The notes under the pieces were generated by a model, which saw nothing but the letters and a program-made list of their open reading frames with translations, was not told where the DNA came from and ran no database searches. A stretch of 64,000 nucleotides of DNA from a virus. Every line of letters starts with the position of its first letter. Position 1 is the stretch's first letter. The translations under genes were made by a program, and so were the position numbers. Location of the stretch: IMG/VR virus record IMGVR_UViG_3300050343_000243, positions 15,463 to 79,462 of that record; one strand, 5' to 3'. Below, one piece after another: positions 59,308 to 64,000 of the stretch.

Positions 59308-60048
59308 ATGGCTGATAAGCTTACGTATAAAGGTGGTGCCAGGGTTGTAGGTAATTCAGGCACTGCAAAGCTTGTACTTCCAGCTGGTGGTGGTGACTTC
59401 CATCGTGTCCCTAAATGGTGGGGCAAGAAAGGAACTGTCTCCTATGTAGAAGCAGCTATTTTTAAAGTCCCTCTTGATAACGGATCAACCGTCCGCTTGG
59501 TTCTACCAGATGTGAAATCTCACATGACTGTAGAAATTAGGCACGATGGTGCAGGGAACTTCACCTTCCCTAATGAAGGCCATCTTGAGCGAGCTGCCGT
59601 TACTGCCGTCGATAGTCTTGCTGTGCTGGTGGAGTATCAATTCTCAAAAATCTCTGGTGGAGCTGTACTGAAACGAAGCATTAGCGCATTGCCTGATGCC
59701 CCAGCTAATGAGAATACGTTTGAAGGCCGACTGGCCGCTGCTGAATACACTTATAACGTTACGGTTGTCAATCCTGGTTCGGGCAACGTTTATGCCCTTA
59801 ACGGAACGAATCAGCTTCCAGTCAATTTGACTTTGAACGAAACTGTAGCATTTGATTTCAGTGCAGTGGCAGGTAATCACCCTCTGGGAATCTTCACTGA
59901 TGCTTCTAAATCACAACCTGTGAACAATGGCGTTGAACTTGGCGGAGCAGGTAACGCCATTCTGCTCTTCACGCCAGCAGCAATCGGGACATTCAGCTAT
60001 CAGTGCATCAACCATCCAAACATGGGTGGAGACATCACAGTTAACTAA
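59308..60048 (+). CDS. Protein with C-terminal cupredoxin (plastocyanin-like) domain
   Basis: NHP and YQCINHPNMGG type-1 copper ligand pattern. Confidence 0.7.
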   Translation: MADKLTYKGGARVVGNSGTAKLVLPAGGGDFHRVPKWWGKKGTVSYVEAAIFKVPLDNGSTVRLVLPDVKSHMTVEIRHDGAGNFTFPNEGHLERAAVTAVDSLAVLVEYQFSKISGGAVLKRSISALPDAPANENTFEGRLAAAEYTYNVTVVNPGSGNVYALNGTNQLPVNLTLNETVAFDFSAVAGNHPLGIFTDASKSQPVNNGVELGGAGNAILLFTPAAIGTFSYQCINHPNMGGDITVN

Positions 60049-60730
60049 TTAGATACTTCCGCTCATTAGCGGATAGAGTATTAGATGAAATTAATTCACC
60101 ACTGACTGTCATACGCACGTTGTATGGCAGTCTTTTTGTATTACGGGCATGGAAGCCTAAGTAGAAAAACCCTTTAAGTGGAACGTACATCGTGTCGTAG
60201 TCATACGGCTGACGGTCAGGTGTGTACAGCCTCACATCAAACCAGGCATCGATATACTTATTACCTGTCTTGAGGTTTTCAAGATCGATCTTTACTACAC
60301 CATTAGGAACGAAGTCGATCTCATTACTAATAACTGCCGGAACAAAAGTATTTACAGTATTCAAATCTAAACTGTAATCTCTAATTGCAGTATCCCAGTA
60401 CAAATCACTATCATCTATTACGTCATCAAGCACTGCTTCGGTGTAGCCGTCTATAACAATTCCATCAAGAAGGATTCCATTGGCAACATTCAAACTATTC
60501 TGAATGTCCAATTGAATTTTTATAAAAATATTCTCGGCTCCAAATAAGCCAACAGAATCTGCATAGCTCTTGATAAAAGGAACCGCAGTTACTCTCTCCT
60601 CGCTAGCATTGATGAGGCTATTAGAACCTTTAGCGTAGTTCAGTGACTTGCTAGAAGAATAATAACTAGGGTTGGATGAACCTCCCCCATAACTTACCAT
60701 CTGTCTATTAATCTGCTCGGTTACGTTCAT
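60041..60730 (-). CDS. Hypothetical protein
   Basis: 229 aa; TACAATAG at 60754-60761. Confidence 0.75.
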   Translation of the reverse strand: MNVTEQINRQMVSYGGGSSNPSYYSSSKSLNYAKGSNSLINASEERVTAVPFIKSYADSVGLFGAENIFIKIQLDIQNSLNVANGILLDGIVIDGYTEAVLDDVIDDSDLYWDTAIRDYSLDLNTVNTFVPAVISNEIDFVPNGVVKIDLENLKTGNKYIDAWFDVRLYTPDRQPYDYDTMYVPLKGFFYLGFHARNTKRLPYNVRMTVSGELISSNTLSANERKYLIS

Positions 60731-60763
60731 TCCAACTACGGCTAAACCTAACTCTATTGTAAA

Positions 60764-61702
60764 TTACAAATAGCAGACAATTTCGCTATCTGATTGACGC
60801 AATGATCGCATTGCCTTTTGTTCGAGTGTACGTACACGATCTCGTGACATATTAAGGACTTGTCCAATAGCTGTCATTGACATTGGTTCAACCATATCGT
60901 CGCCAATTCCATATCTCATAGAGATTACAGCTGCCTGCATTTCAGGTAGTTCAACGATAAGCTCACGAATATCTTCTTTTATGTACTGCTGTTCAAGCAG
61001 GAATTCTGGTAATTGGGTTGTATCTTCAATCAAATCAATAAGTGCAGTGTCCCTATTTTCTCCAATTTTGGTTTCCAATGATGTTGGCTGTCGTGCCTTA
61101 CACATCAGATCTTTAACATCTTCTACACCCATATCCATATGATCTGCCAGTGCAAACACGCTAGGTGTTGTACCGTGCATCGCCATTAATTCACGCTGGG
61201 CTTTCTTAAGTTTGTTGAGGTTTTCAGTAACGTGGATCGGTAAGCGGATGGCTCTGCTCTTCTCCGCAATCGCCCGAGTAATGCCTTGTCTGATCCACCA
61301 ATATGCATAAGTACTGAACTTATAGCCACGGCCAGGATCGAACTTCTCCACGCCACGTACGAGGCCGATGGTGCCTTCCTGGATGATGTCCAGTAGTTCC
61401 ATATTTCTCTTGGTATATTTCTTTGCCACGCTGACAACAAGACGAAGGTTCGCTGTAACCATCTTGTCTTTTGCCTTTTCACCAGCACGTAGCTCCCTAC
61501 GAATTTGTTTTACAGGTAGATCCATTGATGCAGCCAGTCCTTCGATATCTAGCTCCAATTCCTTTTGAATACTTTTAAGTTCCATCAAGCGTTGTACTTG
61601 GCGACCCAATAGAATCTCTTCTTCGTGCTCTAACAGTGGGATTCTTCCAATGTCACGAAGATACGAACGAACTGAATCTCCAGCAATCTTTGATTGGCTC
61701 AT
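60764..61702 (-). CDS. RpoD-family (group 2-like) sigma factor
   Basis: DSVRSYLRDIGRIPLL, ANLRLVVSVAKKY, KFSTYAYWWIRQ, SRDRVR. Confidence 0.96.
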   Translation of the reverse strand: MSQSKIAGDSVRSYLRDIGRIPLLEHEEEILLGRQVQRLMELKSIQKELELDIEGLAASMDLPVKQIRRELRAGEKAKDKMVTANLRLVVSVAKKYTKRNMELLDIIQEGTIGLVRGVEKFDPGRGYKFSTYAYWWIRQGITRAIAEKSRAIRLPIHVTENLNKLKKAQRELMAMHGTTPSVFALADHMDMGVEDVKDLMCKARQPTSLETKIGENRDTALIDLIEDTTQLPEFLLEQQYIKEDIRELIVELPEMQAAVISMRYGIGDDMVEPMSMTAIGQVLNMSRDRVRTLEQKAMRSLRQSDSEIVCYL

Positions 61703-61783
61703 ATATTATCTTTGGGTATATATTAAATATAGCCTATATTATACAAATACGCAAGCTTAAATATGATTTAGCGAGTAAATCAT

Positions 61784-62086
61784 TTAGTCGTTATAGACAC
61801 CTGCAAAGCGTGTGCTTTCTTGAGGAGCCTCGCCACCTTCTAATGCTTCTACTGCCATGGCCTGGGCAGCATGCTCGTTATATCCACGCTCTTTAAAATT
61901 CTCGTAATAACGCTCGTATTTCTCGACAGAACTATCAACGTCTTGTCCATGCGTGACCATCTCTGCAGCCAATTGATTGGCAGCTTGATCTGGCATGCCA
62001 TCAGTCTTTAGATGTTTCCAAATAGTCTGGAAAATCTCTGGATCTGATTGAGTATATTCACCAGCAAGACGCATTCTATTTGACAA
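61784..62086 (-). CDS. Small protein with RLAG and RFAG motifs
   Basis: Internal duplicated G..E.AA..MA.E; TAGAATAG at 62099-62106. Confidence 0.75.
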   Translation of the reverse strand: MSNRMRLAGEYTQSDPEIFQTIWKHLKTDGMPDQAANQLAAEMVTHGQDVDSSVEKYERYYENFKERGYNEHAAQAMAVEALEGGEAPQESTRFAGVYND

Positions 62087-62111
62087 TAACGGCTTTTTCT
62101 ATTCTAGTAAA

Positions 62112-62579
62112 TTAGACGTAGCTTTGTCCTTGCATATTGTTTAGTACGATATCAGGATTGACACCCATACCCATAGCTTTTCCAGTTGCAATGTTCAGAC
62201 GAAAGGCTTCAGTTTCTGTATCGCTCATTCCACCCATCGTGTCTAGGGCAGGTGTGTCCATAACGCTGGTAATTTCTTTCATGCGATCGCGCAGGAATGC
62301 TTGCTCTGCGTTGACTTCAACCAAAAGCTGTTTATTCATCTGCTGCTTTGCATCAGCACCTGCTTGAGGTGCAGCAGCGACGGTGTTCTGCAGGATATTT
62401 TGCTGTTGCATCCTGGAGTTGTTGAAGGACTGGGTGTTCTCTCCAACCTTTGATGCAGGACCACTGTCCATCATGTTTGGACCCAGAGGAGCAGCCGTAC
62501 GCTGCATTCCCTGTAGTCCGCGCATAGCGGAGGATTGTCCTAGTGATTCTTCAGCAACACTAAAAGGTGAAATGCGCAT
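62112..62579 (-). CDS. Gln/Met-rich hypothetical protein
   Basis: 155-aa ORF. Confidence 0.7.
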   Translation of the reverse strand: MRISPFSVAEESLGQSSAMRGLQGMQRTAAPLGPNMMDSGPASKVGENTQSFNNSRMQQQNILQNTVAAAPQAGADAKQQMNKQLLVEVNAEQAFLRDRMKEITSVMDTPALDTMGGMSDTETEAFRLNIATGKAMGMGVNPDIVLNNMQGQSYV

Positions 62580-62648
62580 TTTTTCTAATCAATTACTGTC
62601 TAATACTTATATTGTAAGGGGTCCAATTAAGGACCCCTTTGTTATCTA

Positions 62649-63653
62649 TCAGAGGTCTTGAACCAGCATCTTCTGGGACAGAGCACCTTGAGGAGCTTGT
62701 GACAGGTACTGCCAAGCATTCTCGGGGTTCTGATCCATCATCTGGCTGAAGCCACCCCAGAAATCATTAGCAGCGTTCACTTGGCGACCAGGGGTCGGGA
62801 AGTCCATTTCAGGACGCTGGAAGGACTGAGGAACTTGTCCCTGCTCTTGGGCTTGGATTTCTGCTTCGAACTGTGCACGGGCTTCGTACTGTTGACGTGC
62901 AGTTGTCTCGTCGCGGGTCTCGGTCGGGTAAGGACCTTCGGGACCGTAGAAGTCGTTGACATAGTCAGCGAGAACGTCGGGATCGGTCAGCATGAGGTTC
63001 ATGGCCGCACGCTCTTCACCCGCTGCTTCGAGCATCAAGCTCATGGATTGACCACGACCAACTTGCTCGATCAGTGCATCTTCAACGGCACATGCATAGG
63101 TGTTGAGAAGCGTGGGGGCTTCTGCACCAAAGTGCTCAAGTACTTCAAGGCTGTCATCGGAGATTTGGCTCAAATAAGCGTCACTTGCTGGTGCGCTTAC
63201 GGCCTGACCTGCGGCCTGCTGCTGGAGCAGAGACTGGACCTCGCTGGCCGAGTAGCCCTGGGTTGAAGGAGCCTGACTGTAAGTCTGGGGAGCCGAATAC
63301 GGGGCTTGCACCTGGGTTTGCTGTGCCGAACCCCAGTTGACCTGCTGACTGGCTTGTGGGGTCGGTGTTTGGTAAGCCGAGTACGGCACCTGGGCCTGGG
63401 ACGGGCTGCTTGTATTCAAGCTTGCGCTCAATGCCTGGAACGCCTCCTGCCACGGATTGCCCGCCGGAGCCGAAGCCTGCGATGCCTGGGCCGGAGCCTG
63501 GTAAACCGGAGCCTGGGGCGCCGTTGTCTGTGATGCCTGGAATGCTTGTGGTTGGCTCGTCGCGTACTGGGCGGCCGATGGCGCTCCGGCGCTTGTCTGC
63601 ATCGGAGAGCTCTGAGACGTTGTCGTCGCTACTGCTTGGCTTGTACTTTCCAC
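62649..63653 (-). CDS. Putative scaffolding protein
   Basis: AAGGAG SD before GTG; Q/A/P-rich N-half, acidic helical C-half; position after portal. Confidence 0.65.
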   Translation of the reverse strand: MESTSQAVATTTSQSSPMQTSAGAPSAAQYATSQPQAFQASQTTAPQAPVYQAPAQASQASAPAGNPWQEAFQALSASLNTSSPSQAQVPYSAYQTPTPQASQQVNWGSAQQTQVQAPYSAPQTYSQAPSTQGYSASEVQSLLQQQAAGQAVSAPASDAYLSQISDDSLEVLEHFGAEAPTLLNTYACAVEDALIEQVGRGQSMSLMLEAAGEERAAMNLMLTDPDVLADYVNDFYGPEGPYPTETRDETTARQQYEARAQFEAEIQAQEQGQVPQSFQRPEMDFPTPGRQVNAANDFWGGFSQMMDQNPENAWQYLSQAPQGALSQKMLVQDL

Positions 63654-64000
63654 TGTAACTTAACTCCTTACGTAAATAATCAAGTGATCTATATAAGAAC
63701 CCTGTTAAATCAAGGTTCGGGTCTGACGCCAATGGAAGATCAGGCGTCTGTGGGTGTGGTAGTTGATATAAATTACCCAGCATTCCCACGAAGCTGTTAA
63801 TTGCTGTTTGCGTTTGTTGGACCACCCTGAATGGGAAGCCGCTCATCATTGCTGCTCGTTCTTCCTCTGTTTTGTTGGGGAAGAGATATTTGAGAGCTTC
63901 AATGGAACCGACACCTGCTTCCTGAAGATTTCGGACAACAATACTGTTTTGCAGAATTTCATCAGATGTATCTTCGAAGACTTCACCCATCCAACGCCAG
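63181..64000 (-). CDS. Putative portal protein, C-terminal part (truncated by window)
   Basis: WRW.G.VFED..., GV.S.EAL..LFP pattern; position. Confidence 0.6.
   Translation of the reverse strand, partial: WRWMGEVFEDTSDEILQNSIVVRNLQEAGVGSIEALKYLFPNKTEEERAAMMSGFPFRVVQQTQTAINSFVGMLGNLYQLPHPQTPDLPLASDPNLDLTGFLYRSLDYLRKELSYSGKYKPSSSDDNVSELSDADKRRSAIGRPVRDEPTTSIPGITDNGAPGSGLPGSGPGIAGFGSGGQSVAGGVPGIERKLEYKQPVPGPGAVLGLPNTDPTSQSAGQLGFGTANPGASPVFGSPDLQSGSFNPGLLGQRGPVSAPAAGRRSGRKRTSK

Overview
64 kb of a marine cyanophage genome (Synechococcus/Prochlorococcus-type host; psbA, hli, RpoD-like sigma, cyanopodovirus-type class I RNR, split family-A DNA polymerase). The gene set resembles S-EIV1-related cyanophages, which is inference from memory and was not searched. 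Layout: (i) 0.5-19 kb, + strand early region of small ORFs; (ii) 19-36 kb, + strand nucleotide-metabolism and replication genes; (iii) 38.3-40.2 kb, integration module (xis, frameshifted tyrosine integrase, attP matching the 3' half of tRNA-Pro); (iv) 40-64 kb, mainly - strand lysis, tail and head genes ending in the portal. The strongest unexplained signal is a 21-copy element in front of early genes. It is a covarying 6-bp stem with a 3-nt loop, followed by TG at exactly +13/+14 (17 of 21 copies) and a start codon about 18 nt later, which suggests a hairpin-type promoter or gene-cassette system. Also found: a separate late promoter (TAVAATAG), a shared R-[FLMT]-A-G motif in small late proteins, a glnA-type glutamine riboswitch controlling a YRG-motif peptide, two NblA-like genes, two apparent pseudo-enzymes, a 473-nt portal/scaffold dual-coding overlap, a duplicated CTACG inverted-repeat element and two candidate structured RNAs. 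All calls come from reading the sequence; no database searches were run.
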